From positions 1,020,001-1,052,000 of the forward strand of contig NC_006512.1 in NCBI RefSeq assembly GCF_000008465.1: a stretch of 32,000 nt of DNA, read 5' to 3'. The notes beneath the pieces were generated by a model. That model had not been told where the DNA came from. It did not search any database and saw only the letters and a list, made by a program, of their open reading frames with translations. Each line of letters opens with the position of its first letter. Within the stretch, counting starts at the first letter, position 1. The position numbers and the translations under genes were made by a program. This DNA is from Idiomarina loihiensis L2TR. GTDB taxonomy: Bacteria; Pseudomonadota; Gammaproteobacteria; Enterobacterales; Alteromonadaceae. This document shows, one piece after another, positions 19,300 to 28,736 of this stretch.

Positions 19300-20531
19300 T
19301 ATTTTGACTCCGTCGCTAAATGAGTTTGATCCTGCAACAGGTTTTCACTACGCGCAACAACTCTAGAAACCATCATATCGCCGGTCACATTAGTCAGGGT
19401 TCGGGCCATATCAATGATGCGGTCAATAGCAGCGATAAACGCAATGCCTTCTAAAGGCAACCCAATAACATTAAGGGTAACAGTTAACATTACCAGAGCA
19501 GTACCCGGTACGCCCGCAGTTCCCACCGAAGCCAGCGTTGCTGTTAGCATGATCAAACCATAATCCATCCACTCTAACGGTATTCCGTAGAGCTGCGCAA
19601 TAAAAATAGAAGCAACAGCCGGATAAATACCACCGCAACCGTCCATATTAATGGTGGCGCCTAAAGGCAAAACGAAGCTGGCGTAATCCTTCGAAACCCC
19701 CAAACGTTCGGTGACAGCCCGGTGCGCTGCCGGTAAAGAGCCGAATGAACTGCACGTGGTAAAGGCGACAATCTGTGCATCAAATATCGCTTTGAAGAAT
19801 TGCCAGGGGCTCATGCCGCCTGCAGTACGAATTAAACCACCGTAAACCACGACTATGTGGATAAGACAAGCCAAATAAATAACACCAACAAATTTCGCCA
19901 GAGGCAGCAAGGTACTAAAACCGTATTCACCAATAACCCAGGACATTAAGCCAAGTACACCAACAGGCGTTAACTGCAGCACCATACGGGTAATTTCATA
20001 CATGACTTCAGCGCCTGATTTTATCGTCTTACGCAAAGGTTCACCTTTGCCTTTTAAACGCTGAATAGCAATACCGACCAAAGCAGCAAAAACAACGATT
20101 TGCAGTACATTACCTTCGGTTAAAGCAGCAAAAGGATTACTCGGCACAAAATTGAGGAAAACCTGGGCGATGCCAGGAATTTGCTTTTCATTTTGCTCCG
20201 TTGCGGTCAAGGTGGCTACGGGGCTCATATCAATTACACTGGCCAGAGTTAAGCCGATAGCACTGGCAATCACTGCGGTCAGCATAAATAAGCCAATGGT
20301 TTTAGCACCCAAACGACCTAATTTCTTACCATCATTCAAATCCGTAATGGCACTAACAATGGCACAAAAAATAAGCGGCGCGACCAGCATCTTAATGGCT
20401 TTTATAAATAAATCACCAAGAGGCTTAAGCGCAACGCCAACTTCGGGAGCCAGCCCACCTATAAGCATGCCTAATACAAAGGCACCTAAAACACGTTGCC
20501 AAAATGGAATTGCAAACCACGCTTTAAACAT
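19299..20531 (-). CDS. Dicarboxylate/amino acid:cation symporter (DAACS/SLC1 family)
   Basis: 410-aa polytopic membrane ORF with family motifs [17 protein letters not shown] and [16 protein letters not shown]. Its TAA stop shares one nt with the dapB ATG (TAATG). Confidence 0.88.
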
Positions 20532-20629
20532 AATTCCCCAGCCGCTTTATAAAAAATGGGAGCTAGGGTAAAACGTTAAAGAGAAGGTCAAAAAGAATAA
20601 ATTGAACTAGGTTATAACCTTTTGAAAGG

Positions 20630-20655
20630 CAGAGGGAACGGAGTCATTCCCTCTG
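20630..20655 (-). terminator. Hairpin, possibly a weak terminator, after the M48 peptidase gene
   Basis: Minus strand reads CAGAGGGAA-(8-nt loop)-TTCCCTCTG: a perfect 9-bp stem starting 6 nt after the stop. It is followed only by CCTTTC, so the U-tract is poor. Confidence 0.5.
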
Positions 20656-20660
20656 TTACT

Positions 20661-21497
20661 TTATGTGTTTGAACTGCCAACCGATGCCGGACGTTGACAG
20701 TCTGGCGTATTCCCCGCGGCACGAGCCGCAGAATAACGCTCTTGCAACGACGGAATCAGCGCTTCAAGGTCTTTAATCCGAGTTTGGGGATTCGGGTGAG
20801 TTGACAACAGCTCGGGCGGCGACTCACCGTCTGAGGCCGATTGCATATTACGCCAAAGCTCAGGAGCCTCTTCCAGTTTGAAGCCAGCGTCAGCCATATA
20901 TTCCATCCCCAATTCATCCGACTCCGATTCATGAGTGCGTGAATAAGGCAGCAGGATACCAACCTGAGCTCCTACGCCCAACGCGGCCATTAATAAACCG
21001 GCTTTATCGTTGTCCAGTTGAGTACTGGCGAGAATACCGCCAAGCTGTAAGCCAAGCCCGACCATCATGTTGCTGGAGATGCGTTCATTACTGTGCTCAG
21101 CAATAACGTGGCCAATTTCATGCCCAATAACTGCAGCAAGCTGATGCTGGTTTTCGGCAACCTCTATCAGGCCGTCGTATACGCCAATATAACCACCGGG
21201 CAGAGCGAAAGCATTGACCGTAGGCTCTGCAAAAACAGTAACTTGCCAGTCCATCTGACTATAATTTCCTGGCAAATTTTCTATTAATGCATCGCTGACA
21301 CAACGCACGTAAGCATTGACCTCAGCATCGTCATTAATTTTCTGTTCTTCGCGCATTTCTTCGTAGGAGGCAGCCCCCATTTTATTCAATTCGCTACTTG
21401 AATAAAGTTGCAACTGCGAGCGTCCCGTCGGAGATTTTGCACAACTGGCCAGTACAACCAACGTACAGGCACTTAACGCTACTGTCTTCCAATTCAT
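20661..21497 (-). CDS. M48-family zinc metalloprotease, predicted lipoprotein
   Basis: 278-aa ORF with signal/lipobox MNWKTVALSACTLVVLASC, zinc motif HEIGHVIAEH and a downstream ESESDELG glutamate. GGAGG SD 6 nt upstream. Confidence 0.9.
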   Translation of the reverse strand: MNWKTVALSACTLVVLASCAKSPTGRSQLQLYSSSELNKMGAASYEEMREEQKINDDAEVNAYVRCVSDALIENLPGNYSQMDWQVTVFAEPTVNAFALPGGYIGVYDGLIEVAENQHQLAAVIGHEIGHVIAEHSNERISSNMMVGLGLQLGGILASTQLDNDKAGLLMAALGVGAQVGILLPYSRTHESESDELGMEYMADAGFKLEEAPELWRNMQSASDGESPPELLSTHPNPQTRIKDLEALIPSLQERYSAARAAGNTPDCQRPASVGSSNT

Positions 21498-21546
21498 TGA
21501 CTGCCTCCGCCCTTTTAATCACTCACTTACTATAGTGATAGACAAT

Positions 21547-22701
21547 CTAGCTACGTAAGTCATCAAAGAATTGTTTCACGCCGTCGAAAAAACCTTTTTC
21601 TTTGGGTCGGAATTTTGCGGCTTCATCACCGGTACCCATTGAATCTTCAAGCTCTTCCAACATGTCACGTTGCTTAGATGACAGATTTACAGGGGTTTCA
21701 ATCATCACTTTGCAAATCAGGTCGCCGACTTCCCCCGTGCGAACTGACTTAACGCCTTTACCACGTAACCGGAAATGTTTACCCGTTTGTGTCTCTTTAG
21801 GCACTTTCAGTTTTACTTTGCCTTCCAGAGTTGGAACCTCAATGTCACCACCAAGAGCCGCTTTAGTAAAGCTTACAGGGACTTCACAGAACAAATTATT
21901 GCCGTCGCGGGCAAAAATAGGATGCTCCCGTACGTGAACCTGAACGTATAAATCACCTGCCGGTGCGCCATGTTCGCCCGCTTCACCTTCATTCGCTAAA
22001 CGAATGCGGTCACCGGTATCGACCCCCGCCGGAATTTTAACCGACAAGGTTTTAGTCTCTTCTTTACGGCCATGACCATGACATGTGCGACAAGGATCTT
22101 TAATAATCGTGCCGGTTCCACGACATTGAGGACAAGTTTGCTGCACGGCAAAAAAGCCCTGGCGCATCTGAATTTGACCTGAGCCATGACAATGACCACA
22201 GGTTTGCGGCTTACTACCTTTTTTCGCACCACTACCATTACAGTCGCGACATTCTACCAGCGTTGGAATTTCTAGCTCAACGGTTTTACCCCGAACCGCT
22301 TCTTCCAGCGACATATCCAGGTTGTAGCGCAAATCTGCGCCACGTTGCGCGCGGGCTTGCTGACGTCTGCCGCCGCCAAAAATATCACCGAAGACATCAC
22401 CAAAGATATCAGCAAAATCAGCACCGCCACCGCCGAATCCGCCTGCACCATGGCCAGCTCCGCCCTGGCGTGCCTGTTCGAAAGCTTCATGCCCATATTG
22501 ATCATACATCTGGCGTTTCTGAGGATCAGAAAGAACTTCGTACGCCTGCTTAATCTCTTTAAACTTAATTTCCATATCTTTATCACCCTCGGTTCTGTCC
22601 GGGTGATACTTCATTGCCATACGTTTGTAGGCTTTTTTAATGTCACGTTCATTGGCGTCTTTCGATACGCCCAGAACCTGATAAAAATCTTGCGTCGCCA
22701 T
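21547..22701 (-). CDS. dnaJ: Chaperone DnaJ
   Basis: 384-aa ORF with a J-domain (HPD), a G/F-rich linker and four CxxCxGxG zinc-finger repeats. Confidence 0.98.
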   Translation of the reverse strand: MATQDFYQVLGVSKDANERDIKKAYKRMAMKYHPDRTEGDKDMEIKFKEIKQAYEVLSDPQKRQMYDQYGHEAFEQARQGGAGHGAGGFGGGGADFADIFGDVFGDIFGGGRRQQARAQRGADLRYNLDMSLEEAVRGKTVELEIPTLVECRDCNGSGAKKGSKPQTCGHCHGSGQIQMRQGFFAVQQTCPQCRGTGTIIKDPCRTCHGHGRKEETKTLSVKIPAGVDTGDRIRLANEGEAGEHGAPAGDLYVQVHVREHPIFARDGNNLFCEVPVSFTKAALGGDIEVPTLEGKVKLKVPKETQTGKHFRLRGKGVKSVRTGEVGDLICKVMIETPVNLSSKQRDMLEELEDSMGTGDEAAKFRPKEKGFFDGVKQFFDDLRS

Positions 22702-22747
22702 AATTTCTTCGTCTTCTATCTGTGCTGTTTGTCAGCCTGATACAAAT

Positions 22748-22779
22748 ACACGGGTATTACCTTGCGGCAACACCCGTGT
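22748..22779 (-). other. Stable stem-loop in the dnaK-dnaJ intergenic region
   Basis: Minus strand reads ACACGGGTGTTGCC-GCAA-GGTAATACCCGTGT: a 14-bp stem including two G-U pairs, with a GNRA loop. It is followed by ATTTGTAT, which is not a clean U-tract. Confidence 0.6.
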
Positions 22780-22803
22780 GCTTTTGCGAAGTTGCCTTAA
22801 TGC

Positions 22804-24732
22804 TTACTTCTTATCGTCGTCTTTGACTTCTTCAAATTCAGCATCAACGACATCATCATCCGCTTTGGAAGACTGCTGTTCACCGCCAGCTGCACCTTCA
22901 GCACCTTGTTGTGCCTGTTGCTGCTGAGCTGCTTCCATCAGTTTCTGTGATGCTTCCATCAACGCCTGAGATTTCGCATCAATGGCTTCTTTATCACCAT
23001 CTTTAGACGCTTGCTCAAGTTCTTCACAAGCTTTCTCAATCGCGTCTTTGTCTTCCTGAGACAAGGCATCGCCAACTTCTTTCAGTTGATTACGGGTTGC
23101 GTGAACCAAACCGTCTGCCTGGTTACGTGCCTGCACCATTTCTTCAAACTTCTTGTCTTCTTCAGCATGGGCTTCAGCATCTTTAACCATTTTATCGACT
23201 TCAGACTCATCCAGGCCAGAAGAAGCTTTGATAGTAATCTTCTGCTCTTTACCCGTGTCTTTATCTTTGGCTGATACGTGCAGAATGCCGTCCGCATCAA
23301 TGTCAAAAGTGACTTCGATTTGTGGTACACCACGAGCTGCTGCGCGAATGCCTTCCAGGTTAAACTGCCCCAGAGATTTGTTATCCCCTGCGCGTTTACG
23401 TTCACCCTGAATAACATGAATGGTTACCGCGGACTGATTATCTTCAGCCGTTGAGAAGGTTTGCGATTCTTTAGTCGGAATCGTAGTGTTCTTCTCAATC
23501 AGTTTCGTCATTACGCCGCCCATGGTTTCGATACCCAGCGACAGAGGACAAACATCCAGCAACAATACGTCTTTAACGTCACCTTGCAATACGCCAGCCT
23601 GAACCGCAGCACCCACTGCAACAGCTTCGTCAGGGTTCACATCGCGACGTGGTTCTTTACCGAAGAAGTCCGTTACCGCAGCCTGTACTTTCGGCATACG
23701 AGTCTGACCACCGACCATGATAATGTCCTGAATGTCGCTGACAGACAGATCCGCATCGGCTAAAGCCTGTTTCAATGGCTCAAGCGACTTCTTGATTAAA
23801 TCTTCAACCAGTGATTCCAGCTTCGCACGGGTCACTTTAATGGCCATGTGCTTAGGACCTGCGTTGTCTGCCGTAATGTACGGCAAGTTCACTTCGGTCT
23901 GCTGCGCTGACGACAGTTCAATTTTCGCTTTCTCTGCGGCTTCTTTAAGACGCTGCATAGCTAATGGATCTTTACGCAAGTCCATGCCCTGGTCTTTTTG
24001 GAACTGCTCAACTAAGTAGTTGATTAAACGGTTATCAAAGTCTTCACCACCTAAGTGTGTATCACCGTTAGTTGCCAGTACTTCGAAGGTATGCTCACCT
24101 TCAACTTCGTCAATCTCAATAATAGAGATATCGAACGTACCACCACCTAAGTCATACACCGCAATCACGTTGTCGCCGGACTTCTTGTCCATGCCGTACG
24201 CTAAAGCAGCGGCTGTTGGTTCGTTAATAATACGTTTTACGTTAAGACCAGCGATTTTACCGGCGTCTTTGGTTGCCTGACGCTGGGCATCGTTAAAGTA
24301 TGCCGGTACAGTAATTACCGCATCCGTTACTTTCTCGCCCAGAAATTCTTCGGCGGTCTTTTTCATCTTTTTCAGGACTTCCGCAGAAATTTGTGGTGGC
24401 GCTTTTTTGTCACCATCAATTTCTACCCATGCGTCACCGTTGTCAGCCTTAACAATTTTGTAAGGCATAATACCGATATCACGCTGTACTTCTTCGTCCT
24501 GAAAGCGACGGCCAATTAGGCGCTTAATCGCAAATAAGGTTTTATTTGGGTTGGTTACTGCCTGGCGTTTTGCCGGTGAACCGACCAAAATTTCGCCATC
24601 GTCAGTAAATGCAACTACTGACGGCGTTGTACGGTCGCCTTCGCCATTTTCAATAACGCGAGCTTTGCCACCATCCAGTACAGCAACGCAAGAGTTTGTT
24701 GTACCTAAATCTATACCAATCGTTTTACCCAT
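22804..24732 (-). CDS. dnaK: Chaperone DnaK (Hsp70)
   Basis: 642-aa [25 protein letters not shown]... with Hsp70 signatures throughout. Confidence 0.99.
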   Translation of the reverse strand: MGKTIGIDLGTTNSCVAVLDGGKARVIENGEGDRTTPSVVAFTDDGEILVGSPAKRQAVTNPNKTLFAIKRLIGRRFQDEEVQRDIGIMPYKIVKADNGDAWVEIDGDKKAPPQISAEVLKKMKKTAEEFLGEKVTDAVITVPAYFNDAQRQATKDAGKIAGLNVKRIINEPTAAALAYGMDKKSGDNVIAVYDLGGGTFDISIIEIDEVEGEHTFEVLATNGDTHLGGEDFDNRLINYLVEQFQKDQGMDLRKDPLAMQRLKEAAEKAKIELSSAQQTEVNLPYITADNAGPKHMAIKVTRAKLESLVEDLIKKSLEPLKQALADADLSVSDIQDIIMVGGQTRMPKVQAAVTDFFGKEPRRDVNPDEAVAVGAAVQAGVLQGDVKDVLLLDVCPLSLGIETMGGVMTKLIEKNTTIPTKESQTFSTAEDNQSAVTIHVIQGERKRAGDNKSLGQFNLEGIRAAARGVPQIEVTFDIDADGILHVSAKDKDTGKEQKITIKASSGLDESEVDKMVKDAEAHAEEDKKFEEMVQARNQADGLVHATRNQLKEVGDALSQEDKDAIEKACEELEQASKDGDKEAIDAKSQALMEASQKLMEAAQQQQAQQGAEGAAGGEQQSSKADDDVVDAEFEEVKDDDKK

Positions 24733-24779
24733 GATTCGTCTCCAACTTCTGATTCATGTAATTTGTTTCGTTACCCCTT

Positions 24780-24807
24780 ATCTGGGGTGCCTATGTTCGA
24801 ATTTCAA
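24780..24807 (-). promoter_or_regulatory. Sigma32 (heat-shock) promoter of dnaK-dnaJ
   Basis: Minus strand reads TTGAAA (24807-24802), a 14-nt spacer, then CCCCAGAT (24787-24780). The consensus is CTTGAAA-N13-15-CCCCATNT. Confidence 0.8.
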
Positions 24808-24837
24808 TACCCAACACAGGGATAATTTTCGATTTTG

Positions 24838-25503
24838 TTACGCTTTTGTATCCACACCCGAGTTCGAGTTACGCGCCACCATTACCATTGCCGGACGCAA
24901 CAGGCGTCCATTCAGCTCGTAGCCTTTTTGCATTACCGCCATAATAGTATTGTTCGGATGCTCATCGGATTCCTGCATCGACATGGCCTGGTGTTGATCC
25001 GGATTAAAGGCTTCGCCTTCTGCACCAATTGCTTTTACACCGAACTTTTCCAGAGTTGAGGTTAAATTTTTGTAGGTAAGCTCAATCCCCTCTACAAAGT
25101 TTTTGTTCGCTTCATCTTCTTTATCAGCCAGCTGTAAAGCACGCTCCAGGTTATCTACAGAGGTTAGTATTTCATTAGCAAACTTCTCCAGCGCAAACTT
25201 ATGTGCTTTTTCAACATCCTGACTGGCCCGGCGACGAACATTTTCCATTTCAGCCTGGGTGCGCAGTACCGAGTCGCGTTGATCATTTACTTTCGCTTCT
25301 GCTTTACTTAAAGCTAATTCCAGCTCAGCAATGCGATCCGTTTGCTCTGATGACTGTCCCGCAGTTTCAGTTTCATCGGCTGCTACGTCCTGCTGCAACG
25401 CCTCTTCCGCTGCCTGTGCAGCTTCCTGTTCAGCTTTTTGCTGCTCAACGGTCGGCTCATCAGCCGCTTCGTTTTTCTGTTTCGAATCGTTTTTGTCGGT
25501 CAT
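24838..25503 (-). CDS. grpE: Nucleotide exchange factor GrpE
   Basis: 221-aa ORF with an acidic/Q/A-rich N-terminal extension followed by the conserved GrpE coiled-coil and beta domain (...LRPAMVMVA). Confidence 0.96.
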   Translation of the reverse strand: MTDKNDSKQKNEAADEPTVEQQKAEQEAAQAAEEALQQDVAADETETAGQSSEQTDRIAELELALSKAEAKVNDQRDSVLRTQAEMENVRRRASQDVEKAHKFALEKFANEILTSVDNLERALQLADKEDEANKNFVEGIELTYKNLTSTLEKFGVKAIGAEGEAFNPDQHQAMSMQESDEHPNNTIMAVMQKGYELNGRLLRPAMVMVARNSNSGVDTKA

Positions 25504-25545
25504 AAGTGACTCTCTTTAACCAGTTTAAAATTAAGGTTGCAAGAT

Positions 25546-25575
25546 TAATGGGGGCAAGTTTTTTTCTTTCAAGGG
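25546..25575 (-). promoter_or_regulatory. Sigma32 (heat-shock) promoter of grpE
   Basis: Minus strand reads CCCTTGAAA (25575-25567), a 13-nt spacer, then CCCCATTA (25553-25546). This is a near-perfect consensus match. Confidence 0.85.
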
Positions 25576-25645
25576 GATTTCTCTTACTTGATAAATTTTC
25601 TTGCTCATCGTAGCGTAAGCACACGAACGCATAAGGATCCCGTTA

Positions 25646-26524
25646 ATGAGCGCTTTTACAAAGATTGGGTTACTCGGCAAAGCCGACGACCGTGGTACCC
25701 AGTTAACTTTAGAAACGATTACCACGGCTTTAATTCATCGTGGTTTTGCGCTGTGTCTGGAAGCACGTACGGCGGAGCAATTAAACCTGCCGGAAGAAGT
25801 TGAGACGCTGAGCCTGCCGGACTTAGGTGAATGGGCCGAAATTGCTATTGTCGTCGGTGGTGATGGCAACATGCTCGGTGCTGCCCGCGCCTTATGTGAG
25901 TATGATATCGGTGTTATCGGCGTCAATCGCGGTAATTTGGGCTTTTTAACCGACTTAGACCCTGACGAAGTCATGACGCCTTTGTTGTCTGTACTTAATG
26001 GAAACTACCACGTAGAAGAACGTTTCCTGCTCTCCGCCGAAGTCATTAACAACGGCAGTTCATCGGGTACCGGCAGAGCAATTAATGAAATTGTCCTGCA
26101 CTCCGACAAAGTCGCGCACATGATAGAGTTTGAACTCTACGTGAACGACCATTTTGTCTTTAGTCAACGCTCTGATGGTTTAATTTGCGCCACTCCAACC
26201 GGCTCTACCGCCTATTCATTGTCAGGCGGCGGCCCTATTTTGCATCCCGGTCTGGACGCAATGACTCTGGTGACTATGTTTCCCCATACTTTAAGCAGTC
26301 GGCCAATTGTCGTCGACGGTAACAGTGAAGTCAGGTTGAAAGCAGCTTTCGACAATGACTTACTGCAAATCAGTTGCGATGGACATGTCAGGATGACAGT
26401 ACACCCCGGGGATGATGTTATTATTAAAAAATACCCTAAAGCCTTACGTATGATTCATCCTATTGACCACAACTACTATCACGTATTACGTAATAAACTA
26501 GGCTGGGGTAGCCGACTTTTTTAA
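25646..26524 (+). CDS. nadK: NAD kinase
   Basis: 292-aa ORF with GGDGN and [16 protein letters not shown] motifs. It is divergent from grpE, as in E. coli. Confidence 0.96.
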
Positions 26525-26533
26525 ACAGGATAC

Positions 26534-26561
26534 TTGCATTTCGACGCAGCTACTGTATAAA
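26534..26561 (+). promoter_or_regulatory. Putative sigma70 promoter of recN
   Basis: TTGCAT (26534-26539), a 16-nt spacer, then TATAAA (26556-26561). It sits directly upstream of, and overlapping, CTGTAT motifs. Confidence 0.5.
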
Positions 26562-26572
26562 TACTGTATAAC

Positions 26573-26588
26573 CTGTATATATCAACAG
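26573..26588. promoter_or_regulatory. LexA (SOS) box
   Basis: CTGTATATATCAACAG is a perfect CTGT-N8-ACAG with an AT-rich core. It ends 17 nt before the recN ATG, between the putative -10 and the SD. Confidence 0.88.
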
Positions 26589-26604
26589 TATTGGAGCGAA
26601 GATT

Positions 26605-28269
26605 ATGTTATCCCAATTAACTATTCGCAACTTTGCAGTCGTTAAATCTTTAGACATTGAATTTCACAACGGCATGACCGCTATCACCGGTGAAACCGGC
26701 GCCGGTAAATCTATAGCTCTGGATGCCTTGAGCCTTTGCCTGGGTAGTCGGGCCGATGCTAACTGGGTTCGTCCGGGCCAGGAAAAAGCGGAAATTACAG
26801 CTGTTTTCGCTTTGGAAGATGCCAGCCCCGCCCATCAGTGGTTAACTGAAAATGAGTTTGATGCTGATGATGACTGCGTTTTACGTCGGGTTATTCAGCG
26901 CGACGGACGCTCCAAAGCATGGATTAACGGAACACCGGTTCCCGTCAGTCAGCAAAAATCCCTTGCACCTCTGTTAGTTAACATTCATGGTCAGCACGAA
27001 CATCAACTATTGTTAAAAGAGGAGCATCAATTAACGCTACTCGATAGCTACGCCCGCCATCAGCACTTATTAGACAAAGTCCAGCAAGACTATAAAAACT
27101 GGGCTTCAGTTGAAAAACAATACCAAAGCTATCAGCAACAAAAAGAAGAGCTGGAAGCCCAGCGTCAATTACTTGAATACCAGGTTAATGAGCTGAATGA
27201 GTTCGCGCTAGCTGATGGCGAATTCGACGAGCTGGAGCAAAAACACAAACGCTTAAGTAACAGCAAGGTTTTACTCGAAGCTGGCGTGTTTGCTTTAAAC
27301 GCTCTTTACGAAGGAGAGCACAATAACGCATCCAGCCTGGTTCAGTCAGCCAGCCAACGCTTAGCTGAAGCTGAAGAGATGGATACCGCGCTTTCTCCTA
27401 TTAACCAGTTACTGCAACAGGCGAAAGTACACATTGAAGAAGCGGCACTTGAATTACGCCAGTATCAGGACGACTTAGAGCTCGACCCGGGCGAACTTCA
27501 GATTATAGAAGACCGCTTAAGCGCCGCTATCCATTTAGCGAAGAAGCACCAGATACCCGGCTCGGAACTGAGCCAGCAACACAAAAAGCTAATAGATGAG
27601 CTTGATAATCTGGAACAAGCCGGTGAACAAGCCGAGAAGCTTGACGAAGACCGGCAGCAGGCTCGCAAAGTTTACCGTGAGAGTGCCCTTAAGCTTTCCG
27701 CTAGCCGCGAGCAGGCAGCTGCGGAATTAAGTCAAAAAATAAGCAGCTCGATGCAAGAGTTGAATATGCCCCATGGTCGTTTTGTTATTCAGGTTGAACA
27801 TGATGCCAGCGCCCGGGCTACCCGACTGGGTACCGATGAGGTCGAATTTCTGGTCACAACCAACCCGGGACAACCCATACAGGCGCTGAATAAAGTCGCT
27901 TCCGGGGGTGAACTTTCACGAATTAGCCTTGCCATACAGGTGATGACCGCAACACAGAAAACGGTTCCTACCATGATGTTTGATGAAGTTGATGTTGGCG
28001 TCAGTGGCCCTACGGCATCAATAGTGGGTTCTATGCTTCAGGCTTTGGGGAAAACCTCTCAGGTTATTTGTGTTACCCACTTACCACAAGTCGCGGCTAA
28101 AGCTCATCAACAATTGCAAGTGAGCAAGTCAACAGATGGAGCCGAAACTGAAACCGCAGTGGTTGCGTTATCGAAAGAACAAAGAGTTGTGGAGCTGGCA
28201 CGCTTATTGGGCGGCGACAAGGTCACCGACATGGCGAAAGCTAACGCGAGAGAATTACTCGCCAGTTAA
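26605..28269 (+). CDS. recN: DNA repair protein RecN
   Basis: 554-aa ORF MLSQLTIRNFAVVKSLDIEFHNGMTAITGETGAGKSI... with an SMC-like Walker A, a long coiled-coil, and signature/Walker B (SGGELSRISLA, MFDEVDVG). Confidence 0.97.
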   Translation: MLSQLTIRNFAVVKSLDIEFHNGMTAITGETGAGKSIALDALSLCLGSRADANWVRPGQEKAEITAVFALEDASPAHQWLTENEFDADDDCVLRRVIQRDGRSKAWINGTPVPVSQQKSLAPLLVNIHGQHEHQLLLKEEHQLTLLDSYARHQHLLDKVQQDYKNWASVEKQYQSYQQQKEELEAQRQLLEYQVNELNEFALADGEFDELEQKHKRLSNSKVLLEAGVFALNALYEGEHNNASSLVQSASQRLAEAEEMDTALSPINQLLQQAKVHIEEAALELRQYQDDLELDPGELQIIEDRLSAAIHLAKKHQIPGSELSQQHKKLIDELDNLEQAGEQAEKLDEDRQQARKVYRESALKLSASREQAAAELSQKISSSMQELNMPHGRFVIQVEHDASARATRLGTDEVEFLVTTNPGQPIQALNKVASGGELSRISLAIQVMTATQKTVPTMMFDEVDVGVSGPTASIVGSMLQALGKTSQVICVTHLPQVAAKAHQQLQVSKSTDGAETETAVVALSKEQRVVELARLLGGDKVTDMAKANARELLAS

Positions 28270-28355
28270 ATTCGTTCTATACTGGCGTTCGGGTAAGTCA
28301 TTGTTTATCATCGACGCCAATACAATCAATTGAGATTAATTTTAATAGGTATTTC

Positions 28356-28706
28356 ATGTCAAGATTTGGAGTTTTTCTAGTTGCCGTTATAACCTTAAAT
28401 GGCTGTTCTCTTCTCGATAAAATGGTATATCGCATTGATATTCCTCAGGGAAATTATCTTGAGCAAGACGATGTCGACAAATTGCGTGTAGGAATGACCG
28501 AAGAACAAGTGGTTTTTGTGCTGGGAACCCCTGTTGCGCAGAACAGTTTTGACTCTGACCGCTGGGTATACCTTTATAAAATGGATCCCAATTCAGGTGA
28601 GGATTACCGTAAAGAACTGGTACTAACCTTCAACGACAAGCGCTTGCAGGATTTTAAAGGCGACTTTGATAAACCAGAAGACTTTAATCAGGCACTGGAT
28701 CAGTAA
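28356..28706 (+). CDS. bamE: Outer-membrane assembly lipoprotein BamE (SmpA/OmlA)
   Basis: 116-aa ORF with lipobox LNGC followed by IDIPQGNYLEQDDVDKLRVGMTEEQVVFVLGTP. Synteny recN-bamE. Confidence 0.93.
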   Translation: MSRFGVFLVAVITLNGCSLLDKMVYRIDIPQGNYLEQDDVDKLRVGMTEEQVVFVLGTPVAQNSFDSDRWVYLYKMDPNSGEDYRKELVLTFNDKRLQDFKGDFDKPEDFNQALDQ

Positions 28707-28736
28707 CTCGCCTCGAAATCTATATCAAGGAGAATT

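Noticed and set aside
25531-25725. 64-aa minus-strand ORF and 71-aa plus-strand ORF (25588-25803) in the grpE/nadK divergent region
   Set aside because: They overlap the sigma32 promoter and the nadK 5' end. nadK (25646) and grpE account for the region, and there is no independent support.
26499-26522. GGCT-GGGGT-AGCC hairpin plus T6 at the end of nadK as a terminator
   Set aside because: The stem is only 4 bp and lies inside the nadK coding end. That is too weak to call, although the T6 run is suggestive.
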